A stretch of 63,527 bases of DNA, filler included, from Octopus bimaculoides (taxonomy: Eukaryota): the NCBI RefSeq assembly GCF_001194135.2. It is 6 parts of 6 records of this genome, joined end to end, with 100 filler letters (N's around TTAATTAATTAA, not from the genome) between each part and the next. Parts side by side here need not be neighbours in the genome. Positions count along the whole stretch, not along the records: positions 1 to 19,998 come from NC_069004.1; positions 20,099 to 34,612 come from NC_069000.1; 4 more parts are not named here. One strand, given 5' to 3'. The first letter of the stretch is position 1, and each line of letters starts with the position of its first letter. A program made the translations under genes and the position numbers. Of the stretch, positions 14,050-26,779 are shown piece after piece. The notes beneath the pieces are model-generated. The model worked only from the letters and a program-made list of their open reading frames with translations, searched no databases and had not been told where the DNA came from.

Positions 14050-14270
14050 CACCGCATCACTTATTTTTTTGGTTTTGCTCAAGTTACGCTGCATAAATGT
14101 ACGTAGCCTGGGATAGTGATGTGTGGCCTGGAACCAAGGACGCTTTCTCAATGACCTCAGGTCACTGGATTTGGACGTGCAAGTATGGGTAAAAGTTTGA
14201 ACGAATGGGCCCAACTTGGGCTTAAACTTCTCGGCTTCTACCCTAGCGATAAGGTTGTCTTGTGACTTGT
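14050..14270 (+). mobile_element. Possible Tx1/L1-clade ORF2 N-terminal (APE endonuclease start) fragment
   Basis: LKLRCINVRSLG**...QGRFLNDLRSLDLDV resembles the APE start (xNVRGL...L.dl..l..Dv). Confidence 0.45.
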
Positions 14271-15539
14271 GGGGTTTCCACGACCAACCCAAAATACTCC
14301 CCCTTTGCTGTTTTATACATTTACACTTGCAACCTTTAGATGTTTACCATTGTTAAAACTGTTTACACGATTCTTTGTGTGGCCCCTACCATGTCTGTCC
14401 TGTATTGTCCCTCTATGTCGGGCCATGGTGGTTAATAAAGAATTGAATTAAAATGAACGCACTATCAGTCGTGTACTGGAGTTTAATTCGCCCCTCTCTC
14501 TCTCTCCCTCTCTCTCTCTCTCCCTCTCTCTCTCTCTCCCTCTCTCACGCTCCCTTTCTTGGACTGCACGTGTAATTGAAGGGTGACAGTCTTGTTATAG
14601 AATGTCACGCTGATTCGGCTTGCGAATTGCGTTGAGGGCACACGTGCCAGCGGACATGCTCTACCTCTTACACGTTGTTCACATACATATGATTTATGTC
14701 TAGGTTAGAGTCTCTCAGAAAAAGCTTTGAGAATTTGGTGCCTTCTTATGATTGTGTGNNNNNNNNNNNNNNNNNNNNNNNNNNNNNNNNNNNNNNNNNN
14801 NNNNNNNNNNNNNNNNNNNNNNNNNNNNNNNNNNNNNNNNNNNNNNNNNNNNNNNNNNNNNNNNNNNNNNNNNNNNNNNNNNNNNNNNNNNNNNNNNNNN
14901 NNNNNNNNNNNNNNNNNNNNNNNNNNNNNNNNNNNNNNNNNNNNNNNNNNNNNNNNNNNNNNNNNNNNNNNNNNNNNNNNNNNNNNNNNNNNNNNNNNNN
15001 NNNNNNNNNNNNNNNNNNNNNNNNNNNNNNNNNNNNNNNNNNNNNNNNNNNNNNNNNNNNNNNNNNNNNNNNNNNNNNNNNNNNNNNNNNNNNNNNNNNN
15101 NNNNNNNNNNNNNNNNNNNNNNNNNNNNNNNNNNNNNNNNNNNNNNNNNNNNNNNNNNNNNNNNNNNNNNNNNNNNNNNNNNNNNNNNNNNNNNNNNNNN
15201 NNNNNNNNNNNNNNNNNNNNNNNNNNNNNNNNNNNNNNNNNNNNNNNNNNNNNNNNNNNNNNNNNNNNNNNNNNNNNNNNNNNNNNNNNNNNNNNNNNNN
15301 NNNNNNNNNNNNNNNNNNNNNNNNNNNNNNNNNNNNNNNNNNNNNNNNNNNNNNNNNNNNNNNNNNNNNNNNNNNNNNNNNNNNNNNNNNNNNNTCAGTT
15401 ATAATAAAAACTATTTTATGCTCATCTGATGGGTTACTCTATGCATTTGCAGAGTACAAATATATATATATATACATAATATCGCGTGCTCGTCAGTACT
15501 GGTAGATATAGAAAAAAATAAGGCGACTGCGTATAAAAT

Positions 15540-16135
15540 ATACATCATATGGTATCTGGGCAACTGCATGACTGACAATAACCCGACGGGAAATTGCAAT
15601 TATTTTCGTTAAATCTTCATATTTTATTCTTTTTGGGTGAAGGCTGATGTCCTACCAGCATTTGGTTGATGATCGCGTCGTTAAGTGCTTGTTCTGTCTT
15701 CAATACCTGAAGAAAACGCCAGATATTTGGATGACTTGACGTTATATTCGCCTGTAAATGATTATGTCATCCTTCTAAGGAATTAACTGTTCGTGGTAAA
15801 TCACTGCATCCGCGGTCATACATGTTTCACATTCAAATAGGAAAGAGTGGGTTGCCTCTGTTACGCCGTCGTATTCTACCGATATAAGTAACCAATGGCT
15901 GAATCTGCTTCATGGCACAAATTTTCTTCTAATTGCTAAAATGCTGTTACAACATTATCTGCTGGCACAAAAGCCTAGGCCTTTCGACACCTGGTGGTTC
16001 TTTACTTCAGCAAACTGAGGAAAAAGACAATTTTTGAGTACAGGATAATGACAGATAAAGTAACGGATAAAGTGAAAGTGAAGTGTCTGTCGGACAGTTG
16101 TCCCTATCGGGCAACTGTCCGTAGGGCAAGAACCA
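15540..16135 (-). mobile_element. MULE (Mutator-like) transposase C-terminal remnant
   Basis: LGFVPADNVVTAF...GRIRRRNRGNPLFPI*M*NMYD...DLPRTVNSLEG*HNHLQANITSSHPNIWRFLQVLKTEQ, matching the MULE motif PRTNN.lEGWH..l......HPNiw.fi..Lk.Eq. Short GGACAGTTG/CAACTGTCC sub-repeats lie at the 16090-16125 end. Confidence 0.8.
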
Positions 16136-16765
16136 CATCATATACACGTATATATAGATATCTATATACAAATATATAGATATCTATATACAAATATATA
16201 TATATATATATATATANNNNNNNNNNNNNNNNNNNNNNNNNNNNNNNNNNNNNNNNNNNNNNNNNNNNNNNNNNNNNNNNNNNNNNNNNNNNNNNNNNNN
16301 NNNNNNNNNNNNNNNNNNNNNNNNNNNNNNNNNNNNNNNNNNNNNNNNNNNNNNNNNNNNNNNNNNNNNNNNNNNNNNNNNNNNNNNNNNNNNNNNNNNN
16401 NNNNNNNNNNNNNNNNNNNNNNNNNNNNNNNNNNNNNNNNNNNNNNNNNNNNNNNNNNNNNNNNNNNNNNNNNNNNNNNNNNNNNNNNNNNNNNNNNNNN
16501 NNNNNNNNNNNNNNNNNNNNNNNNNNNNNNNNNNNNNNNNNNNNNNNNNNNNNNNNNNNNNNNNNNNNNNNNNNNNNNNNNNNNNNNNNNNNNNNNNNNN
16601 NNNNNNNNNNNNNNNNNNNNNNNNNNNNNNNNNNNNNNNNNNNNNNNNNNNNNNNNNNNNNNNNNNNNNNNNNNNNNNNNNNNNNNNNNNNNNNNNNNNN
16701 NNNNNNNNNNNNNNNNNNNNNNNNNNNNNNNNNNNNNNNNNNNNNNNNNNNNNNNNNNNNNNNNN

Positions 16766-16844
<79 letters not shown>

Positions 16845-16889
16845 TATGCCCGACGAAATAAACTCTTGTATCATTTTATGTTGCGTCAA

Positions 16890-17262
16890 AGCAGTAAGCT
16901 AGCAGAATCGCTAGCACACCGGACTAAATGTTTAGCTGCATTTCGCCCGGCTTTACGTTCTGAGTTCAAATTCCGCCGAGGTCGACTTTGCCTTCCATCC
17001 TTTCGAGGCCGATAAACGAAGTACCCGTTGAGTACTGGGGTCAATGTAATCGACTTAGCCCTTCTCCCGAAATTGCTGACCTTCGGCCAAAATTTGAAAC
17101 CATTATTCAATGTCGCAGTAAGTCTGTGAGTTGGCAGAATTGTTAAAGCGCCAGGGGAAAAACTTCCTTGTGGTATTTGTTCCGGTTCATTATCTTCTGA
17201 GTTCAAATCAATTGAGGTCAATTTTCGCCTCTCATCCTTTCGGTGTCGATGAAAAATGTACC
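16890..17262 (+). mobile_element. Two tandem SINE family B copies (second more diverged)
   Basis: GAGTTCAAAT..CCGAGGTC.A.TTT.GCCT.TCATCCTTTCG occurs at about 16962 and about 17200. Confidence 0.75.
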
Positions 17263-17901
17263 ACTTGAACACNNNNNNNNNNNNNNNNNNNNNNNNNNNN
17301 NNNNNNNNNNNNNNNNNNNNNNNNNNNNNNNNNNNNNNNNNNNNNNNNNNNNNNNNNNNNNNNNNNNNNNNNNNNNNNNNNNNNNNNNNNNNNNNNNNNN
17401 NNNNNNNNNNNNNNNNNNNNNNNNNNNNNNNNNNNNNNNNNNNNNNNNNNNNNNNNNNNNNNNNNNNNNNNNNNNNNNNNNNNNNNNNNNNNNNNNNNNN
17501 NNNNNNNNNNNNNNNNNNNNNNNNNNNNNNNNNNNNNNNNNNNNNNNNNNNNNNNNNNNNNNNNNNNNNNNNNNNNNNNNNNNNNNNNNNNNNNNNNNNN
17601 NNNNNNNNNNNNNNNNNNNNNNNNNNNNNNNNNNNNNNNNNNNNNNNNNNNNNNNNNNNNNNNNNNNNNNNNNNNNNNNNNNNNNNNNNNNNNNNNNNNN
17701 NNNNNNNNNNNNNNNNNNNNNNNNNNNNNNNNNNNNNNNNNNNNNNNNNNNNNNNNNNNNNNNNNNNNNNNNNNNNNNNNNNNNNNNNNNNNNNNNNNNN
17801 NNNNNNNNNNNNNNNNNNNNNNNNNNNNNNNNNNNNNNNNNNNNNNNNNNNNNNNNNNNNNNNNNNNNNNNNNNNNNNNNNNNNNNNNNNNNNNNNNNNN
17901 N

Positions 17902-17943
<42 letters not shown>

Positions 17944-17959
17944 GCTTGTGTGTCTGTGC

Positions 17960-18140
17960 TTGTCTCTCTGTGTGTTCCCCAGCACCGCTTGACAACCGGT
18001 ATTGGTGTGTTTACGTCTCCGTAACTTAGCCGTTCGGCAAAAGAGACCGATAGCATGAGTACCAGGCTTTAAAAATAAATAAAGTACGGTGGTGACCCAG
18101 CATAGCTGCAGGCTGATGACTGAAGCAAGTAAAAAATAAA
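17960..18140 (+). mobile_element. SINE family A, 3' half
   Basis: CGCTTGACAACCG.T..TGGTGTGTTTACGTC.CCGTAACTTAGC.GTTCGGCAAAAGAGACCGATAG. Confidence 0.75.
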
Positions 18141-18529
18141 AGATGAAACAGAATTTCCAAAATGGCTTCCAAACTTTTGTCTTTGCCCGTCGTCCAACAA
18201 GAGAAGGAAGTGGGAAGTGGTTTCAAAGGTGAAATTGTCATTGGCAACCAAAACGGTAGTAATGAGCAACAGCAATAACAACAGCAGCAACAACAACACC
18301 AGCAGCAGGAATAAAGATGTACCTGAGTAGAATATAGTCGCAGTAAAACGGCCGCCGTCGCCGGCAAGATCACCAAGGAGAGGAGACTTTATTACCGCCA
18401 CTACCGCCCTAGTAGCAACAAACTACAAGCTATAGTAGCAGCAACAGAATCACTGCTGCTACGCCGTGATAAGCGATAATAACAGCAACAAGAAGTAGAT
18501 ATGCCATGGCAAATGATGTGCTGACAAGC

Positions 18530-19110
18530 GCTTAGATTACTGCGTTTCCAGTTACGGTGACCAGGTGTAGACGCCGTTTGTCAAGTGCGTTGTCCTCAAG
18601 ACCGTCTCTTTGAAAAAGCTGCGGTCCTGGGTCAATCGAAGATCGAGACAGAGCGCTTGACACCTGAAATGTCATCAAACGCTCACGGCCTTCTACCAGT
18701 CTGGCAATGTGGTCAGCAGAAATTCCACCTTGGCGATGTGTAGAGGCTTAGTGGCGAGTAAAAACGTCGACGTTTCCGCGGAAACTCTGGACATCGACGA
18801 AAATCAACTAGTTGGTCTTTTTAGAGTGACCTTCTGTACGGGGCCCATGGATATTTTCCAGAATTCCTTGGCCTGACAGTGCTACTGGGGAACGTTGCAG
18901 GTTCGAGATAAACTCAACAGGCAAAGAAGTGGGGTCAACCGGCCTTGTACCAGATACACGCAAAGCGATGAAATAGTCGTCCAGCGCCCGAGCATTGCTG
19001 ACTTGTAGAGTTCTGTCGAACACCTACTGGCTTGCGTGGGACGGATTTATCAGTTAGGTGAGTTCAATGTGAAGATCGTCTAACCGCATTTCTTGGACCA
19101 AGAAGAGCAG
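18530..19110 (+). mobile_element. Tx1/L1-clade ORF2 C-terminal (zf-RVT region) remnant
   Basis: FQNSLA*QCYWGTLQVRDKLNRQRSGVNRPCTRYTQSDE...PSIADL*SSVEHLL resembles the zf-RVT pattern W...rgaLpvrdkL......CprC...dET..Hal..C. CpG-richer than its flanks. Confidence 0.6.
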
Positions 19111-19138
19111 ATATTTTCAACATTAACAACATCTCCAA

Positions 19139-19429
19139 CAGTGGTTCTCAAACTTTTTCGGGCTGCCGCCCCCTTGACACCCTGGCTACACTCCTAGTGT
19201 CCCCACCCTAACTAACCATCAAAAACATAGACCTCTTTCTGAAGTAAATTCAAAGCAACTGTATTTCACAAATAAAACTTAACCTAATGAACCCATTATT
19301 TTGTTATTTTTACATGAATCGTCCGTTGTGGCTACCCCATTAACGTCCCACCCTTCTTCAACTTTTCCTGGAAGTTTCCACCGCCCCCAGTGGGGGGGGG
19401 GGCAATACTGCCCACTTTGAGAACCACTG
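19139..19429. mobile_element. hAT (Charlie-type) MITE with 8-bp TSD
   Basis: TIRs CAGTGGTTCTCAAA / TTTGAGAACCACTG. Flanks ATCTCCAA and ATCTACAA form an 8-bp TSD with one mismatch. Confidence 0.85.
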
Positions 19430-20159
19430 ATCTACAACAACAATAGAAATAATATATGCATCTACAGCATAAATGAGGAAATAACTTAGGTAAAACAGCT
19501 GAAGAAATGACAAATCAAACTTTTATTTACATCCAGGATATGAACTAACAAAAGACAATAGAGTATGCGAAAGATCTAAATTTGAAAGAATTATTTTAGG
19601 CAGTTGTAATAAAAAAAAGAGAAATAGTCGAGGATTTAAACCGGTAGATCTTCCTATGAGACAGCTTTTTTTCCCCCCAAACTTGATATTTGACAATAAA
19701 ACTGGAAATGATCAAAGTCAAGTTGAGAAAACAAAAGATAGGAAAAAACATTAACTTAATGAATGAATGAAAACAAAAAGGAAAGAAGGAACGGTGGCGG
19801 GGGGGGGGGTGCAGCAGGACATTGTAGGTGTATGTTGTAAACAGACGAGAATATAAATAGAAATATGAGGAGGATAAAATTAAATTTATGCAGCAGACGT
19901 AATTATTACAAACACCGTACCTTGTTGAGACATCCGATTGAGCTACTTTTAACTATGTACATACCCACACGCACGCACACCTGCACACACACACACACNN
20001 NNNNNNNNNNNNNNNNNNNNNNNNNNNNNNNNNNNNNNNNNNTTAATTAATTAANNNNNNNNNNNNNNNNNNNNNNNNNNNNNNNNNNNNNNNNNNNNTA
20101 TATATGCAGGTCCTTTATGGCCATCTCCCCACTTACTCTCTCAGCTGAGTTCTGCTTGT

Positions 20160-20401
20160 CTTGTGGGCTTGCAGGTGCTGGTGCCATGTAAAAGCACTCA
20201 TGTTGGTGCTACATAATAGCACTCATGTTGGTGACACATAAAAAGCACCGAGTACACTCTGTGAAGTGAATGGCATTAGGAAAGGCATCAAACCATAGAA
20301 ACCATGCCCAAACAGACAATTAGAGCCTGATGCAGCTCTCTTGCTGGCTAGATTCTGTTAAAATGGCTAACCCATGTCAGCTTGGAAAGCATCATTATTA
20401 A

Positions 20402-20433
<32 letters not shown>

Positions 20434-20660
20434 ATCATCATCATCGTTTAATGCCTGCTTTCCATGCTAGTATGGGTTGGACAGTTTGATGTGGAGCTAG
20501 CTAGCAAGGAGCTGTCCAGATTCCGACTGTCTGTTGTGGCATGGTTTTTATGGCTGGACGCCTTTCCTAATGCCATCCATTTCACAGAGTGTACAGGGTG
20601 CTTTTTATGTGCCACCAGCACGGGTCTTCTTATGTATCACTGGCATGGGTACATTTTAAG
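20160..20660. mobile_element. Tail-to-tail inverted pair of family C elements (GAT)n/(ATC)n
   Basis: A + copy ending ...GGAAAGCATCATTATTAAATGATGAT abuts a - copy beginning ATCATCATCGTTTAATGCCTGCTTTCCATGC. Confidence 0.7.
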
Positions 20661-20749
20661 TGGCAGCAGCACCTGAGGGTTCAAGCCTGTATGTATGGAA
20701 GACTGTAATTTTTTTTAGCTTATATACACACACACACGTATACGTGCAC

Positions 20750-20806
<57 letters not shown>

Positions 20807-21000
20807 TACATACACACACACACACCTTCATAATGTCATGTTTAAGCATTACTAATAACCAAATATATTTCAGCTCAAAATAAGGGATCATATTGAACTC
20901 TGAAAGTTCATGTGTAAAATGCATTTCCATATTCAATGTTATACAAACTACAGGATCAGCTATAATGGATGAATAGAGTAAAATACATTTAAAAGGGCAG

Positions 21001-21532
21001 CAGAAAACAATACCAGTGATATTTGAAAATATTTTTCCCTGCAGCTCTTTTAATAACTCATTATAGCACTCAAGAATCACCTCATCAAGGATCTTTTGAA
21101 ATTTGAATTCCAAATTCAAATTGGTTTTTGCATAGGTTGGAGATTCAAAGGGGAAAAAATATAAGAAAAAGAAAATGAAGAAAAGAAAGATAAAGAAAAT
21201 GAAGATGGAATATAAAGAGGGGAAAGGAAGGAATAAGTAACAAATTAAACAAAAATTTTTTAAGATATCTAACAGGGAGTCAGAACATGGGTACTGAAGT
21301 TGGTCCTTGTAAGATTAAGGTCTATGAGTTAGAGTCCTTAATCTTCCAATGCTCAGCTTCAGAATCTCCAACCTATACAAAAGCCAATTTGAATTTGGAA
21401 TTCGAATTTCAAAAGATCTTTGATGGTGTGATTCATGAGTGCTAAATAATTGTTATTGTAATGTTATATAATGAGTTATTGAAAGAGCTGCAGGGAAGGA
21501 TATTTTCAAATATCACTGGTATTGTTTACTGT
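21001..21532. mobile_element. MITE-like element with ~145-bp imperfect inverted arms
   Basis: CAG.AAACAATACCAGTGATATTTGAAAAT...TTTGAATTCCAAATTCAAATTGG (21001-21146) is complementary to 21361-21532. Confidence 0.8.
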
Positions 21533-22084
21533 GTATTTCTTTATTTTTATTATTTATTTTTTTAAAAAATATTTCTTTTTATTACCTTCTTTATTGTTAC
21601 ATTCCTTCATCCTTCTTCCTTTGAATCTTTAACCTGTATATGAGCTGATGATGTAATTCTTGTTTGTTATATAAATTTATATTTATAATTGTTGTTGTCA
21701 TGTTATGTAATGAATCATTGAAACGGCTGTAGGAAAGAATGTTTAGAAATATCACTGTTCTGTCAAATGTGTTTATATGTATATGTCTGTATGTATATGT
21801 GTGTATCTGTTTGTATCTATATATATCTATATGTATATGTAAATAAACACATATGTATACATGGTATATACACATATATGTGAGTGTGTGTGTGCGTGTA
21901 GATATGTATATATGAGCTTTATAGAATTTATTAAAATTGTTTGCAAACAACGTCAACAACAACAGTAGCAACAGTTGTTATCAACTAAGTTATAGAGATG
22001 TAAACAAAGCAACACTAATTGTCACAGAGAGGGGGTGAAACAAACACAGACATAGACACATATATATACATACATACATACATA

Positions 22085-22335
22085 GGCGCAGGAGTGGCTG
22101 TGTGGTAAGTAGCTTGCTTACCAACCACATGGTTCTGGGTTTAGTCCCACTGTGTAGCCCGTTGGGCAAGTGTCTTCTACTATAGCCTCAAGCCGATCAA
22201 AGCCTTGTGAGTGGATTTGGTAAATGGAAACTGAAAGAAGCCCATTGTATATATGTATATATATATGTATGTATGTATGTGTGTATATGTTTTTATGTCT
22301 GTGTTTGTCCCCCCAACATCACTTGATAACTGATA
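22085..22335 (+). mobile_element. SINE family A, 3'-truncated
   Basis: Same head as the copy at 1186. Confidence 0.85.
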
Positions 22336-22376
22336 AAGAGTATACATACAGACAGACACACACACACATATATATA

Positions 22377-22409
<33 letters not shown>

Positions 22410-22924
22410 CTGGTTTCTATATGCCTTCTTCTTGACTTACCGTGTTTCTTCTCTCATTCAATTTTTAGTTCATTATATTATATAGATTGTGTGTGATGAC
22501 TGTGAGAAACTAATAGTAGTACATAAAAACATGTATTGTGTCTATTAAATAATATTTATCTCTCACCAGATGGAGTACTTTTTGTTGATCTTACCATATA
22601 TATGCATGCATATGTATATATAAGTATATGTATATAAATATATATATCTACAACCAATGACATCATAGAAAAAAAGGACCTTAAATGCTGAATATGATAT
22701 TTGCATATATATATATGTATAAATATTTGTGCGTATATATATGCGTGTATATATATGGGATTCCAGGTAACAGATTCATTCACAAGGCTTTCATTGACCT
22801 AGGGCTATAGTAAAAATTACTTGCCCAAGTCGCTGCATAGTGGGAATAAACCCGAAGCAATTTGGTTAGAAAGCTAACCTCTTAACTACACAGCCATGCT
22901 TGCACCTTTATATGCATATGTATG

Positions 22925-22962
<38 letters not shown>

Positions 22963-22970
22963 CATGTGCA

Positions 22971-23016
<46 letters not shown>

Positions 23017-23345
23017 CACATATAAGTATATATATATATATATATACAAGGTTCAAATGATTTATTAAAATTCTTTGCAAACAACAACAGCAACAGCAGC
23101 AGCAGCAGCAGCAACAGTGGCTGTCAGCTATTATTGCTGCTAGTTTGGTTGGTTGCTACTTATTGGGCGACATTATTCCTCTTTGATGATATCCTGAGAG
23201 CTTCCATGAACAGGATTCTTCGTAATGGATTGCTTAATATCTAGGATAGCATTCAATTATTGCATTAGCATTTGTATATGGCATTTGTACAGTGTAACTA
23301 GAATAAATGGCGTGGGGGATGGGGGTGGCGCTTGAGTAAGAGGGT

Positions 23346-23351
23346 GCGCGC

Positions 23352-23382
<31 letters not shown>

Positions 23383-24440
23383 TGTGAGTGTATGTGTGTA
23401 CGTGTGTCGGTGAATGCGTGTGTATAAGTGTGTGATGTATGTGTCAGTATGTGAATGTGTACATACGTGTCGGTGAATGTGTATGTACGTGTGTGTGAGT
23501 ATGTGTGTATGTGTGTGTGTGTGCGTGTGTATGAGTGTGTGATGTATGTGTCAGTATATGAATGTGTACATATGTGTCGGTGAATGTGTATGTACGTGTG
23601 TGTATGTGTGTGAGTGTGTGTGTGTGTGTGTGTGATGCATGTGTCAGTATGTGAATATGTTCATATGTATCAGTGAATGTGTATGTATGTGTGTATGTGT
23701 GTGAGTGTGTGTGTGTGTGAGTGCGTGTGTAAGAGTGTGTGATGTATGTGTCAGTATGTGAACGTGTACATATGTGTGTATATGAGTATGTATGTGAGTG
23801 TGTGCAAGGGTGTGTGTGTGTGTGTGTTTGGTTATGTGATGTACATATCAGTCTGTGAATGTGTATGTATGTGTGTGTGTGAGTATGTATGTGTGTGTGT
23901 GCGTGCGTGTGTGAGTGTGTGCATTTGACTATGTGATATATGTGTCACTGTGTGAATGTGTATGTATGTGTATGTGTAAGTATATATGTGTGTATGTGCA
24001 TGAATGTGTGTGTTTGACTATATGATGTGTGTGTCATGTGTGAATGTGCATGTATACGTGTATGAGTATGCGTTTGTGTATGTGTGTGTGTTTGACTATA
24101 TGCTGTATGTGTGAGTGTATGAATGTGTATGTATCTGTATATATATCTATCTGTGTACATGAGAATGTGTGAATGTGCGCTTATATGAGTGTGTGATGTG
24201 TGTCAGTTTATGCGTACATGGCAATGTCTTGTGCATGTGTGTGTAAGAGAGAGAGTGTGTGTGTATCTATGTGTGAATGTGTGTAAGAGAGTAAGTGTGT
24301 GTGTATGTATGTGTGAATGTGTGTATATGTGCCTGTCTCTACATGTGTAGATGTGTGTGTGTGTGTGTGAATGTGTGCCTGTGTGTATGTGTGTGTGATG
24401 TGAGTTTATCATTTTGTGTATACATGTGAATGTCTTGTGC

Positions 24441-24475
<35 letters not shown>

Positions 24476-24810
24476 CATGTATGTGTATGTGAGCGTGTAT
24501 GTGAGTGTGTATGTGTATGTATGTGTAAATGTATGTGTGTGTGTGTAGATATATGTGTGTGAATGTGTGCTTGTGTTTGTCTAAGTGTGTGTGTGTGTGT
24601 GCAGATGTGTGTTTGTGTGAGTGGGTGGTGTAAGTGTATCAGTTTGTGCATATATGTGAATATCTTGTGTGTGTGTGTTTGTGTGTATGAGTGTATGCGT
24701 GAAAGTGTGCATGTGTGCCTCTCTCTATGTGTGTAGATGCATGTGTGTGAACGTGTATGTGATATGTAGGCATCTGTCTGTGAGTGTGTGTGTGTGTGTG
24801 TGTGTGTATC
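23346..24810. repeat. ~1.5-kb degenerate (GT)n satellite with higher-order units, preceded by a (GC)n run
   Basis: The recurring block GTGTGATGTATGTGTCAGTATGTGAATGTGTACAT occurs near 23430, 23540, 23630 and 23740. A (GC)n run lies at about 23346-23366. Confidence 0.85.
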
Positions 24811-24879
24811 CATTATGTATGTATGCCTCTTCTATTTTTTAATTACTATAAATCTTACACTGAGGCGGGAGCCAGTTTC

Positions 24880-25593
24880 CAACAAAGATACAAGGCTCCA
24901 TCTTTGGGATATAGTTAACACAGACAAATTCACATTTGGAACTTGGGAAAAGTCTTACATATTTCTACTGTTCCACTCACAGATTGCACTTGTAATGTAC
25001 AAACAGCCAGTTGAATTTTCTTTCTGAAAATCCCAGTTTATCCAGATTCTCCTTTAAGCATTTACTAACAAAACTTGGTGCTCCAATTATTATTCGTATG
25101 AATATGAATTCATAGTCTGTATACAGGAGCTGGAGGTTTCAAAGCAGTTGTCCATAGATATCTTCTTTTTCTTTGATTTTCAAAGAGATATTTATATCTG
25201 CAGGGCAGCTAACCTCTATGACGGTACATACCTTTGTCCCTCTGTCCCAAACAACAATATCTGGCCTGTTTACATCTGACAGAAGTTTTGATAGGAATAT
25301 TCCATCAGTATTTCTTGAGTTGGTGTTTATGAATGTATTTCATAACAGAGAGATTTTCTAAGTTTATTTCAGGGCAGTCCTTTTTTTGTTGATGGCATTG
25401 TAACTTGTTTTAGCAACAACTTTGTGCTGCATAGGGAGGTATTACTGTGATGACATTTTAGGACAGCTGCTTTCTTCTTAGGTAGCGCCTGTCAGCATCA
25501 CTGTTTCTGTGGAAGTTCCCAGTTGTCAGGATTTTGAGGATTTTGATATCTATGGAGTGGGTTTCCTCTGTATGTATGTATGTATGTATGTAT

Positions 25594-25635
<42 letters not shown>

Positions 25636-25870
25636 TGTAATATTTCGGGATGGTCATTTTTTTTTTGCCAAATAAACATGTGTACCGTATATTCACTCGT
25701 CACTTCAGATTTATTATTGTTCTTATTTTATGTCCTTTGTCTGAAAATCTTCTATCACATACCCTGCGACTTCTTCGGCAACTCTCCATCCCCTGTGTCT
25801 CCTCCTGTTCTGTTTAGTTCATTCTGTCTTCCTAAGGTATCACTATAGAAATCTGATATGGCTATAAAAT
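24880..25870 (-). mobile_element. RLE-type (restriction-like endonuclease; R4/NeSL-like) non-LTR retrotransposon 3' remnant
   Basis: SCPKMSSQ*YLPMQHKVVAK (end of the CCHC knuckle), then WNIPIKT..NRPDIVVWDRGTKVCTVIEVSCPADINISLKIKEKEDIYG, the PD-(D/E)xK endonuclease motif. Contains stops and frameshifts, and a microsatellite interrupts it at about 25570-25633. Confidence 0.85.
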
Positions 25871-26779
25871 CTGTTATCAGACACTTAAGAAAAATAAGGA
25901 GAATTATATGTCTACAAAGTTTTTATTAATGCAGTCGTTTATACAGATCTGTTCAAAATATGTTTCTGCTGCATGGATATCTTGCTATGTGGTGTTAATT
26001 TGCATCTTGTTGGTTCATCTGCATCCAGATTTCATCCTGGTTAACAACGTATCCATGTAGTTTTATTCAAGGTATTGCCACTATCAAGGTTTGAAGAGAA
26101 CTAGAGTATAATCGTTTAGAAAGTCTTATATTTTTGTTAGGGGACAATTAGTGTTGAGTGCAAAGAATATAAAAGATAGTGGAGAGAAACCTGATATGGC
26201 TATAAAATCCATTATCAGATTGACCCTATGATGATCCTAAGGTTTATATGTAAAATGAAGAATACTAGGTAGTAAACTAGGTCAGAACATATTTCATCCA
26301 CTAGCATTAAGCGAAATAATAGGAATAATTTCTGTGAGAGATTTATCCATTAAGGGTCGCTAAATCAAATAGAATTTAAATACATAAGATACACAGAATT
26401 TACTTGTAAGGCCAAGAGAATTGTTCACAATATGATAGACTACTTTGACCTACGGTGAAATCATAATTTCCAACTATGTAAACCAACCTTAGATCTATAT
26501 GTAGGTAACATCCTTCTAGATATATAATAGAGTATTTAATATGTGAAGTGTTTACACATGAAGGATAATAACTGGTTGGAGAAATCAAGAGTGAGTGATA
26601 TATGAATCATTTAGGAAATAAGTAAAAGATGGTAGAAACAAAGTCCAGGATTGAAGGTAAAGAAATAACCAAGGACAATTGAAATAGGGGTTTAAGTTGC
26701 TAATAAAATATAAAGGCAATCTAGTTATTGAACTTAGATTTACAAGAGAAAACTCATAATATAATCAGACACCATGAAT

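Noticed and set aside
20043-20054. Recurrent TTAATTAATTAA as a regulatory or restriction motif
   Set aside because: It is always centred in a 100-bp N block, so it is an assembly spacer.
23180-23255. Possible phase-1 terminal exon DIKQSITKNPVHGSSQDIIKEE*
   Set aside because: Poor acceptor and only chance-level similarity to the expected IIRIWDI segment.
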